43,566 bases of DNA from an uncultured delta proteobacterium (GTDB lineage Bacteria; Desulfobacterota; Binatia; UBA9968), in NCBI GenBank assembly GCA_963840855.1, contig CAWJBB010000045.1, positions 1-43,566 of the forward strand, in the 5' to 3' direction. Both the position numbers and the translations under genes were made by a program. The notes beneath the pieces are model-generated. The model saw only the letters and a program-made list of their open reading frames with translations. It was not told the DNA's origin and searched no databases. Positions 19,377 through 27,260 of the stretch are shown piece by piece. Within the stretch, counting starts at the first letter, position 1. Each line of letters begins with the position of its first letter.

Positions 19377-20296
19377 CGGTTCAACCTCGTGATTTTTTCC
19401 AACAGGCCGCGCATCGCCTCGATCTTTCCCTGGGCTTCGATTTTTTCCAGGATGCCGTCCACTTGCGCGACTTCCGAATAAAGTTTGAGAGCAGATTTTG
19501 CAAATTGATCAAAGGCCTTGAACTCAAAGTTCAATCCCTCCGGATCGTACTGGGATGCATACTCTTTTGCAAGGAGCGCGTAGAAATCGCCGAAGTCAAG
19601 CAAAAAGCGGTAAATGTTTTTGCTCTGGCGGTGCTTGGTGACCAATTGGCTGTAGCCGAGAACGACCAGTTGGTTGCCTTCATTAAGGCGGTAACGGTTG
19701 GCTTCGACGAAGGCGACCTTGGCTCGGTCGATACGCTCCTCTTCGACCCGGGCAAGGAATTCATAGGGCGTTCCCTGATGTTTTTGAATCAATTGATTCC
19801 ACGCGCCCACTTTTTCATCGAGCCCTTCCATATGCTTGAAAGGGTCCTCGGCGGATAGCGGCTTGGCGATAACGCCCATAAAGATATCCAGGACTTCCGC
19901 GTTCTTGGCCGCCTCCGTGGCCAAGCGGCCTTGGCTTTCCGCGACCTGGCGGAAAGCCAAGGCCGCTTGATCGTATTCGCGCAGCCGCTCCAGGGCCAAT
20001 GCTTTGTTAAACTGGATGATGTCGGTGAACTGGCGCGGGTTCTTTTTTTCGTAGTCCTGTAGCCTGAGCAAGGTCGCTTTCATGATGTTGATGCCGGTGA
20101 TGTCCTTGGGGATGGGAAACCGGTAGGTGTCTTCCCTGGCAAGGCGCTGAAAGTCCTTGATGATATCGAGGAGATCGCCCGCCGGAGCATAGCGAATATC
20201 GGGGGCGGCCGCGCGGCTGGAGCAACCGGCGATATATAAACATAGCGAAATGAACAATGCGATAAAAATTGTTGGCGCTTCGAAGGCGGGTTTCAA
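19373..20296 (-). CDS. Hypothetical TPR-like lipoprotein
   Basis: Lipobox IAGC, KALALERLREYDQAALAF TPR-like segment, all-helical character. Confidence 0.75.
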   Translation of the reverse strand: MKPAFEAPTIFIALFISLCLYIAGCSSRAAAPDIRYAPAGDLLDIIKDFQRLAREDTYRFPIPKDITGINIMKATLLRLQDYEKKNPRQFTDIIQFNKALALERLREYDQAALAFRQVAESQGRLATEAAKNAEVLDIFMGVIAKPLSAEDPFKHMEGLDEKVGAWNQLIQKHQGTPYEFLARVEEERIDRAKVAFVEANRYRLNEGNQLVVLGYSQLVTKHRQSKNIYRFLLDFGDFYALLAKEYASQYDPEGLNFEFKAFDQFAKSALKLYSEVAQVDGILEKIEAQGKIEAMRGLLEKITRLNR

Positions 20297-20371
20297 TGTT
20301 ACCTGTTACTGCGAAGAAATTTGACCGTGGCAACCTGTGGGCGCAGCTCGATAGGCCGCAGATCTTGCTGC

Positions 20372-20701
20372 CTACCTTGTCTGAATCAACGCATAAAACA
20401 ACACCAGTTCGCCGGCGCGCGCGGCGAAATCATGGGGCGTGCCTCTGGGGATATGGCAGACCATCCCCGGCGCGAGTGCGATCCGTTTGCCATCAAAGCG
20501 CAGCCGCCCCCGGCCTTTGATAACCTGGCAGACCACGTCTTTGTCGTCATGGTTGATCTGCTTGGGATCGACGCCCCGGCGCGATCGGAAAGCGATAACG
20601 CCGCTCGTAAAAGTTCTCGCGGCAAAAAAATTATGATAACGAATCTCGTCGTTGAGCTTGCGCAGCCGTTTTAGCGCGGTGGCAATCTTGATGGTCTTCA
20701 T
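20372..20701 (-). CDS. Cupin domain protein
   Basis: H.DKDVVCQVIKGRG and PGMVCHIPRGTPHDF; the ORF extension to 20728 lies in a repeat. Confidence 0.85.
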   Translation of the reverse strand: MKTIKIATALKRLRKLNDEIRYHNFFAARTFTSGVIAFRSRRGVDPKQINHDDKDVVCQVIKGRGRLRFDGKRIALAPGMVCHIPRGTPHDFAARAGELVLFYALIQTR

Positions 20702-20702
20702 T

Positions 20703-20832
20703 GGCATGAGGCATGAGGCGCGAGGCAAGAGGCGAGAGCGGGGACGTTTGGAACGACTGGAACTGTTTGAACGACTGGAACGGCTTGAACTGTCCGAACG
20801 CGTCTCATGCCTCCCGCCTCATGCCCCATGCC
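20703..20832. repeat. Nested micro-repeat element: inverted 7-mer arms around a 9-mer array
   Basis: 5 x GGCRNGA (20703-20737), about 6 x YTKGAACNR (20748-20800), 4 x YCMYGCC (20805-20832). Confidence 0.85.
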
Positions 20833-21776
20833 TATTCGGTCACCGCCGCCACGATCTCTTGGATCGCCTGCTCGGCCTTGTCGTTCGGCACCCGGCATGA
20901 GCCCACGACTTTATGGCCGCCGCCGCCGTAGCGCTGTAACAACTCGCCGACGTTGACCGTAGCGGTTTTGTTGAAGATATTATAACCAACAGAAATCGCA
21001 GTAGTGTCCGGGCGTTGCGTGTCGTAGGAAACCTTCACGGCGATGTTGCCCTGGGGAAAGAGAGTGAACAATAGAAATCGGTTGCCGTCGGGTAGGTCGT
21101 GAACCTGCCGCAGATCCACGTAGATGACGTTGCGTTTAAGAGTGGTGTTTGCGAGCAGGATCGCGCGTAGCTTTTCCTGGAATGAGAGCACTTTTTGACA
21201 CCGCCGTTTGACTTCGGCGTCGTCCATCGTTTCTTTCAGGCTCTTGTCGCGTAAGAGGTCTATGATTCGCAACCAATAGGGCTCATCCTCCGCGTAGCGA
21301 CCATCGGTGGTCATCGAGACCAGCACGTAGCCTTGGGGATTGAGTACATCTTCGCGGGTCAATTGCCCGGCATCAATTTTGTCCGCGTCCTGGAGCAGGA
21401 ACTGGATTCTTTCGGATGCGAGGAACAATGCTCCCTCCTCGCTGTCGCTCTTGCCGGTTGCCTTATGCCTATTGCCTGGTTCCATGTAGTACTCGTAGAC
21501 CACCCGCGCGGCGCTGGGCGCCAGGCGAAAGCCGCCTTTGCCCGGCATGATCGGCCGGTCGAACTCCGGCATCGTGTTCGTGATATGATGATCGAACCAC
21601 AGAGTGCAGTTCGGGTGGTAGGGAAGATTGGCGATAACATCGCCGTTACGAACCTCCACTAGGCCGTCCTGCATGAACTTTGGCTCAACGAAAAGATAGG
21701 CATCGATTTTCTCAAACTTCGTAATCAGAGCGCCGCAAACCAGCCCATCGAAGTCTGCCCGAGTTACCAGTCTCAA
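20832..21776 (-). CDS. DHH-family phosphoesterase (exopolyphosphatase/nanoRNase-like)
   Basis: RLVTRADFDG, NLPY, FDHH, PSAARVV, YGGGGH; 4-nt overlap with ald. Confidence 0.85.
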   Translation of the reverse strand: MRLVTRADFDGLVCGALITKFEKIDAYLFVEPKFMQDGLVEVRNGDVIANLPYHPNCTLWFDHHITNTMPEFDRPIMPGKGGFRLAPSAARVVYEYYMEPGNRHKATGKSDSEEGALFLASERIQFLLQDADKIDAGQLTREDVLNPQGYVLVSMTTDGRYAEDEPYWLRIIDLLRDKSLKETMDDAEVKRRCQKVLSFQEKLRAILLANTTLKRNVIYVDLRQVHDLPDGNRFLLFTLFPQGNIAVKVSYDTQRPDTTAISVGYNIFNKTATVNVGELLQRYGGGGHKVVGSCRVPNDKAEQAIQEIVAAVTE

Positions 21777-22891
21777 GTTCTAATTACCTCCTCTATGGAA
21801 GCGAGGGAAAGGTTAAACGCGTTGGCTACTCCTTCATGAGTTACCTTCCCGTCAAATGTGTTGAGCCCCTTGGCCAGCGATTTGTCCCTTACCAGCGCCT
21901 GGGGAAAGCCTCGGTTCGCAAGCTGCAGCCCGTAGGAGAGAGTCGAGTTGGTCAGCGCATAGGTCGAAGTGTTGGGCACGATAGCCGGCATATTTGTCAC
22001 GCAATAATGGACTACTTCCTCTTCAAGGTAAACTGGTGCGCGATGGCTGGTCGGGCGTGAAGTCTCGGCGCAGCCTCCTTGATCGATGGAAATATCGACG
22101 AAGGCAGTGCCGGGCTTCATCCTTTTGACGAGAGCCCGGGAAATGAGTTTGGGCGCCTGCGCACCGGGTATCAGCACCGAACCGATGATGAGATCGGCGT
22201 CTACGATTGCCTCTTCGATATTGGCGCGGTTGGACATCAACGTCGTTACGTGGCCACCGAGGATGTCGTGAACGTAGCGCAGCTTCGTGGGATTGACGTC
22301 GAGGATACTCACATAGGCGCCCATGCCGGCGGCTACTTGGCATGCCGCGGTGCCGGAAATGCCGGCACCGAGGATCACGACATTTCCGGGGCGAACGCCC
22401 GAGGCGCCGCCCAAAAGAATGCCGCGGCCGCCGTTTTCCGCCTGTAAGCACCAGGCGCCGACTTGGAGGGACAGTCGTCCGGCAATCTCACTCATCGGCG
22501 CCAGGAGCGGCAGGGAGCCATCTTCGAGCTGGATGGTCTCGTAGGCTATAGCGGTGACTTGCTTCTCCAGGAGAACGCGGGTCACGGTTTCATTGGCGGC
22601 GAGATGCAAATAGGCGAACAGTATCATCCGCGGCCGCAAGAATTGAAACTCACTGGGCTGCGGTTCCTTGACCTTCATGATCAATTCGCACTGCGCCCAG
22701 ATTTCCGCGGCGCCATCAGTGAGCGTCGCGCCCGCGCCTTCGTAGGCGCGGTCTGTAAAGCCGCTACCCGAGCCGGCGCCCTTCTGCACCAGAACTTTGT
22801 GGCTGCGGGCGGCAAAAGCGGCAACTCCGGTGGGCGTGACGGCGACGCGGTTTTCTTCGGTTTTGATTTCTTTGGGCACGCCGACGATCAT
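21773..22891 (-). CDS. ald: Alanine dehydrogenase
   Basis: GVPKEIK.EENRV, KVKEP, YLHLA, LLAPMSEIAGR, IDQGGC.ETS, V.NMP. Confidence 0.92.
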   Translation of the reverse strand: MIVGVPKEIKTEENRVAVTPTGVAAFAARSHKVLVQKGAGSGSGFTDRAYEGAGATLTDGAAEIWAQCELIMKVKEPQPSEFQFLRPRMILFAYLHLAANETVTRVLLEKQVTAIAYETIQLEDGSLPLLAPMSEIAGRLSLQVGAWCLQAENGGRGILLGGASGVRPGNVVILGAGISGTAACQVAAGMGAYVSILDVNPTKLRYVHDILGGHVTTLMSNRANIEEAIVDADLIIGSVLIPGAQAPKLISRALVKRMKPGTAFVDISIDQGGCAETSRPTSHRAPVYLEEEVVHYCVTNMPAIVPNTSTYALTNSTLSYGLQLANRGFPQALVRDKSLAKGLNTFDGKVTHEGVANAFNLSLASIEEVIRT

Positions 22892-23038
22892 TACGGCAAA
22901 ATTACGCGAAGGTCGCCGCGGAGTCAACGAACGAAAACCATACGGACTAACACTGGACTCATACGAAGACTCGAACCACGAAGTGATTCATGATGTTACG
23001 CTCGCCCACAGATTATGAAAATGGAGGATTCCCGTTTC

Positions 23039-23149
23039 GTAGGTCGGATGGAGCAAAGCGTAATCCGGGTTTCTTCATTCGCGCACACCGTTGCCTCTGC
23101 TACGCCCCATGTCACCTTCCTGGATTCCGCTTCGCTCCATCCAGGCTAC
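23039..23149. repeat. REPIN-like inverted pair of GTAG-family REP sequences
   Basis: GTAGGTCGGATGGAGCAAAGCGTAATCCGGG (23039-23069) and, on the minus strand, GTAGCCTGGATGGAGCGAAGCGGAATCCAGG (23149-23119). Confidence 0.85.
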
Positions 23150-24183
23150 AACTCTAAAGCTCCATCCTCACGCCCCGTATTTTCAAAGGAGGCCCGAAGG
23201 ACCACGACGAATGTAAATCGCGTAATATTTGAATCCCGTGTCGAGATGATCGACGAAAATTACGAATAACTCTCGCGTGGTCAAGGAACTAAGCGTAGGG
23301 CATCTTTTAATCTGGCGAAGCCGTGCTCGGCAGAATGGTAAGATACTACTCGTCTTTATGTGATGTAACTGTATCCTGCAACTTCGACAATTTAATAAGT
23401 CTTGCTGTAACGCTCGCGGTTAGTAAATTTCATGGCGAGGCGCAGCTAGCAGAAAAGGAGTCCTACGACTGGCATGCCTGTCTGCCTTCGCCAATAAATA
23501 CGGATCCAGGTAGCACGTTGTCGATTATGCGGAAGGCTCGATGAAGCTCTTCGGAAGGCGTTCTGGGATGCATACGCCGATGTACGGTGGAGGAAACCCA
23601 CCTTTCGGACGGCAGTCCACGATGGTTCGAATCGACGAGTGTCGTCTCAGATCACTTCCGGGTTAACATCCTGCTGAATATGTCCACAGTGTTCGGCGCA
23701 GGAGTCTCAGCTGACCACAGCACCGCGCTCGAGGGAGAACTAGCCGTGGTGGATAGCATCGCGTGAAGCTGATAGGCGCTCAGGATCGAGCGTGCGCAGC
23801 CGAGACCAATATCGCATACCGACTTTTTGTTTCTACCCCGCGCTCTGGTATAAATGTCAACGACATCACGTCGTAACCTATTCCAGCGCGAGAGTTGTAA
23901 TCGCTTGCCATAAGCTCTAGAAATATGTGCCTGTGGTTCTACCGGCCTTTGCAACGCCGGAAGAACTTCCATCGTCCGGGAATTTTTTCCGATAATCGGG
24001 CGTGGCTGCTCTCCTCGGACGGCGATCATTTACGCAGCCTCTTCTGGGAGGAACTCGGTTCTAACTGCAGGGATAGTCACCGGAAAGCACTGGCCTGGCT
24101 TTTGCCGCATCTCTCATGGTTCGCTTTGGCGGCGTCCAATCTGCGTCACATCGGCCCTACAGTAAGACCATCACAGAGATAAG

Positions 24184-24232
24184 TGGAGTAATGGAGTGTT
24201 GAGTGCTGGGTTTACTCTTATTCCATCATCCA
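24184..24232. repeat. 8-nt-period TGGAGT inverted micro-repeat
   Basis: TGGAGTAA TGGAGTGT TGAGTGCT...TACTCT TATTCCA TCATCCA at the 3' end of the DUF423 gene. Confidence 0.6.
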
Positions 24233-24258
24233 GGATCTTTCCCATTGAAAGATGTCCT

Positions 24259-24624
24259 TTAGCGGCCGATGGACCAGACGAGGATGGCCCAGCCGATGAG
24301 AAATGCGATACCGCCGATGGGCGTGATGGCGCCGAACCAGCGCATGCCGGTGAGGCTGAGAAGGTAGAGACTGCCGGAGAAAATAATTATGCCGATGATG
24401 AAGGCCCAGCCGGCGCCGTTGAGAGCGCGTTCCGGCCAGCGCGTTATTGCCCAAGCGACGGTGATCAGTGCCAGGGCGTGATACATCTGGTAGCGCACGG
24501 CGACCTCGAAAATATTAAGCATATCCGGTGACAGGCGGGTTTTGAGCGCGTGGGCGCCAAAGGCGCCCAGCGCTACGGCTATGAATGCCGCTACAGAACC
24601 GGCGGCGAAAAAGAAACGGTCCAT
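24259..24624 (-). CDS. DUF423 (YgdD/TMEM256) membrane protein
   Basis: ALGAFGAHAL, YQMYHAL, IFSGSLY, GAITPIGG. Confidence 0.93.
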   Translation of the reverse strand: MDRFFFAAGSVAAFIAVALGAFGAHALKTRLSPDMLNIFEVAVRYQMYHALALITVAWAITRWPERALNGAGWAFIIGIIIFSGSLYLLSLTGMRWFGAITPIGGIAFLIGWAILVWSIGR

Positions 24625-24627
24625 TTT

Positions 24628-24680
24628 TCTCGTGCTCGTGGCGCTATCTCGTGCTCGTGGCTCGTGTCCGTGATCGTGTC
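24628..24680. repeat. CTCGTG hexamer tandem repeat
   Basis: TCTCGTGCTCGTGG twice, then CTCGTG TCCGTG ATCGTG. Confidence 0.7.
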
Positions 24681-24709
24681 ACAATTCGGTTAAGGAGCGC
24701 GCGCGCGGG

Positions 24710-26176
24710 TTAGACCGCTGGGGCGCCGCGGTTTAACGAGACGACCATTTGGCCTTTTTGCACGACGATCTGACGGTAGTCCGTGCGTTTGCTCAGAGCG
24801 TCGATCAAATTGACCAGTGGCTGGCGCGCGGTGAGGTACTCTTTCGGGGCGCCGGCAGCGCGCATGGCTGCGATTTCGTTGGCCTCGAGATTCCAGCGCA
24901 ACAGAAAATCTTCATCGGAGACATCTTCCGCGTTCATTTTTTTGCGCAGCTCTTGCACAGTGGGCTCGGGTGGTTGCCATGCCGCCCATTCTCTGGCGCG
25001 CGGGCGGTCCAATATTTTTGCTTTCACTTCACGCGCCATGAGCTCGGCGCCTTCTTTGCCCCAGTAGCCGAGGGCGTATTGAATGATCTGGTCGGTGACT
25101 TCTTTGTAGCGCTCGCCGACGATGACGTTGATCGCCGCCTGGCTGCCGACGAACTGCGACAGCGGTGTGACCATGATCGGATAACCGAGCTCCGACCGCA
25201 CTTGCATGGTCTCTTCCAGCGCCTGATCGATCTTGTGCTCCATGCCGACCTTGCGCAGCTGAAAGCGCAGGTTGGAAATCATGCCGCCGGGGACTTGGTG
25301 CTGGTACTGGGAATAGTCGTACTCCACCGGAGCGCCGATGGGAAAGCCTTCGCGTTTTGCGATGTACATGAAGTGTCCCGAGACCGGTTTCAGCAGCTCT
25401 TCGTCGATCAGTGTTTGGTAACCTAGTGCCCGCAGGTTTTTTGCGACGTTGAATAGCGATGGGTTGGAGGACCCATCAGCCAGCGGCGGCAGCGCCGTAT
25501 TGACGATCTTGATGCCGAGTTTGACCGCTTCGAGGCAGCAGAGCGGGCCAAGGCCGGTGGTGCAATGGGTGTGCAGCTCCACCGCTATGCCATTGGCGTT
25601 CTCGAACATGATCGGCACCAGCGTTTGCACCCGTTCCGGCGTGAGCAAACCGCCGGGGTCCTTGAGGCAGAGCCGGTTCACTTTGAGCGAGGCTGCCTGG
25701 CGCGTGCGCTCGGCGAAATATTCGTCGGTATGTTTCGGCGAAACGGAGTATATGATGTTAGGAACGGGATTGATGCCGACGTCGCGCGCGACTTGCGTCT
25801 TCCAAGTCCAGCCTTCGAGATCGTTCCACTCCTCCGAGATGCGCGCCTCGCGGATGCCGTTGGCGGCCATGCGTTCCATGAAAAGGCGGTACATCGATCG
25901 CGGTGTAAGGTCGAAGGCACTGAAGCGTCCCGCGTTCAGACGGAGCGGTGTACGCGTGATGCGCTGGCTGACCAATTTCACCCGCGCCCACGGGTCTTCC
26001 TTGAGCTCGCGCACGCACTTTTTTAAGTGCGAGCTGGAGATTAATTCAATGGCGTCGAAGCCCGCTCGATCCAGCGCTTCGGCGACCGGAAGCATCATGC
26101 CCGTGGTCATGTTTTCCGCCCACAAGCTCTGATGGCCGTCGCGGATCGTCGTGTCGACAAATTTAATTCCGTCCAT
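24710..26176 (-). CDS. Pyruvate/oxaloacetate carboxyltransferase-like protein (OadA/PycB CT domain, no biotinyl domain), paralogue 1
   Basis: DTTIRDGHQSL, CLKDPGGLL, LHTHCTTG, HQVPGGMISN, GYPIMVTPLSQ; no MKM motif. Confidence 0.88.
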   Translation of the reverse strand: MDGIKFVDTTIRDGHQSLWAENMTTGMMLPVAEALDRAGFDAIELISSSHLKKCVRELKEDPWARVKLVSQRITRTPLRLNAGRFSAFDLTPRSMYRLFMERMAANGIREARISEEWNDLEGWTWKTQVARDVGINPVPNIIYSVSPKHTDEYFAERTRQAASLKVNRLCLKDPGGLLTPERVQTLVPIMFENANGIAVELHTHCTTGLGPLCCLEAVKLGIKIVNTALPPLADGSSNPSLFNVAKNLRALGYQTLIDEELLKPVSGHFMYIAKREGFPIGAPVEYDYSQYQHQVPGGMISNLRFQLRKVGMEHKIDQALEETMQVRSELGYPIMVTPLSQFVGSQAAINVIVGERYKEVTDQIIQYALGYWGKEGAELMAREVKAKILDRPRAREWAAWQPPEPTVQELRKKMNAEDVSDEDFLLRWNLEANEIAAMRAAGAPKEYLTARQPLVNLIDALSKRTDYRQIVVQKGQMVVSLNRGAPAV

Positions 26177-26183
26177 CCAGCTA

Positions 26184-27041
26184 TTAAAGCTCCAAGCCGA
26201 AGAATTTCAATGCGTTGTCCAGCATGATCTTCTTGCGCACTTCCGGTTTGATGTTGCACTGCTGAAATTCCTCCACCCAGCGATCCGCGGTGATGCCCGG
26301 CCAATCGGAGCCGAACATGGCCTTGTCTTGGAGCAGGGTGTTGATGTTGTGCAGCAGTTCTGCGGGGAAATATTTCGGCGCCCAGCCGGACAGATCGATA
26401 TAATAATTGGACTTATGGCGGGCGATGGCCAAGCTCTCGGCAGTCCATGGCCAGGTCGGATGGGCGCTGATGATCTTCAGTTCCGGAAAGTCGGCGGCCA
26501 CTTCGTCCAGCGCAATGGGCTGGCTGTATTTTAGCTTGATGCCCATGCCGCCGGGTGTTCCGGCGCCGGCCGCCGCCATGCCGCCATGAAATAAAATCGG
26601 CAGATTGAGCTTTGCGCATTCTTCCCAGAGCGGATAAAAACGCACGTCGTTGGCGAAAAAGTGCTGGCGCGCCGGATTCAACTCGCCGATGCCGTGGAGC
26701 CCCAGGTCTTTACAGCGCTTTATTTCATCGAGCGCCAGTCTGCCGGTCCAGGGGTCGATGGCGCCGAAGGCGAGGAAGACATCGGGATGTTTATTTACCG
26801 CGCTGGCCACGTGATCGTTGGGCACCGGCGCAAGGCCGGTTACGGTCTCGTCCCGGCTGTTCATCAGAACCGCCATCATTTTGCGCGCGCGGTATTGGTC
26901 GGCCAGCGCATCGATGGAAACTGGCGGGCGCTCGCGGCCGAAGTAGCGCGCCATCTGCGCTGTCCGGTCGCCTTTAGCTTTTTGTGTGACTTCGTCGGAT
27001 AGATGAATGTGAACGTCGATTGCGACGATATCCTTGGCCAT
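26184..27041 (-). CDS. Amidohydrolase_2 protein, CouO-like (beta-ketoacyl-CoA hydrolase subfamily)
   Basis: IDVHIH, GAGTPGGMGIKLKYSQP, AHPTWPW, IDLSGWAPKYFP, FGSDWP; GAGGAGG SD. Confidence 0.8.
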   Translation of the reverse strand: MAKDIVAIDVHIHLSDEVTQKAKGDRTAQMARYFGRERPPVSIDALADQYRARKMMAVLMNSRDETVTGLAPVPNDHVASAVNKHPDVFLAFGAIDPWTGRLALDEIKRCKDLGLHGIGELNPARQHFFANDVRFYPLWEECAKLNLPILFHGGMAAAGAGTPGGMGIKLKYSQPIALDEVAADFPELKIISAHPTWPWTAESLAIARHKSNYYIDLSGWAPKYFPAELLHNINTLLQDKAMFGSDWPGITADRWVEEFQQCNIKPEVRKKIMLDNALKFFGLEL

Positions 27042-27095
27042 TAGAGATGTCCTCCTCGTGAAATTTCTTTCCTTATTGCACTGCGTGCGAAGATT

Positions 27096-27247
27096 GTTCA
27101 AGGTTCAATAGTTCGGAAAGTTTCAAGATGTTCAAGGTTTTCTCGCTGGCCGTTCGCGATGTCTGGCCGGTTTGATTCCCAAGGTGCGCAAACGAGATCT
27201 TCAATTCCGGATTTTACTTTGAACCCTTGAACCTTGAACTTTTGAAA
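27096..27247. repeat. GTTCAA / TTGAAC inverted-arm micro-repeat element
   Basis: Left arm of about 5 GTTCAA-like units (27096-27137), right arm TTGAAC x3 plus TTGAAA (27219-27247), about 80 nt spacer. Confidence 0.8.
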
Positions 27248-27260
27248 CGGAGCGTCGCGC

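Noticed and set aside
20703-20832. CRISPR array or protein-coding repeat (ERLERLELFERLE ORF)
   Set aside because: Units are 7-9 nt with no unique spacers and no cas genes; the ORFs are by-products of the 9-nt period
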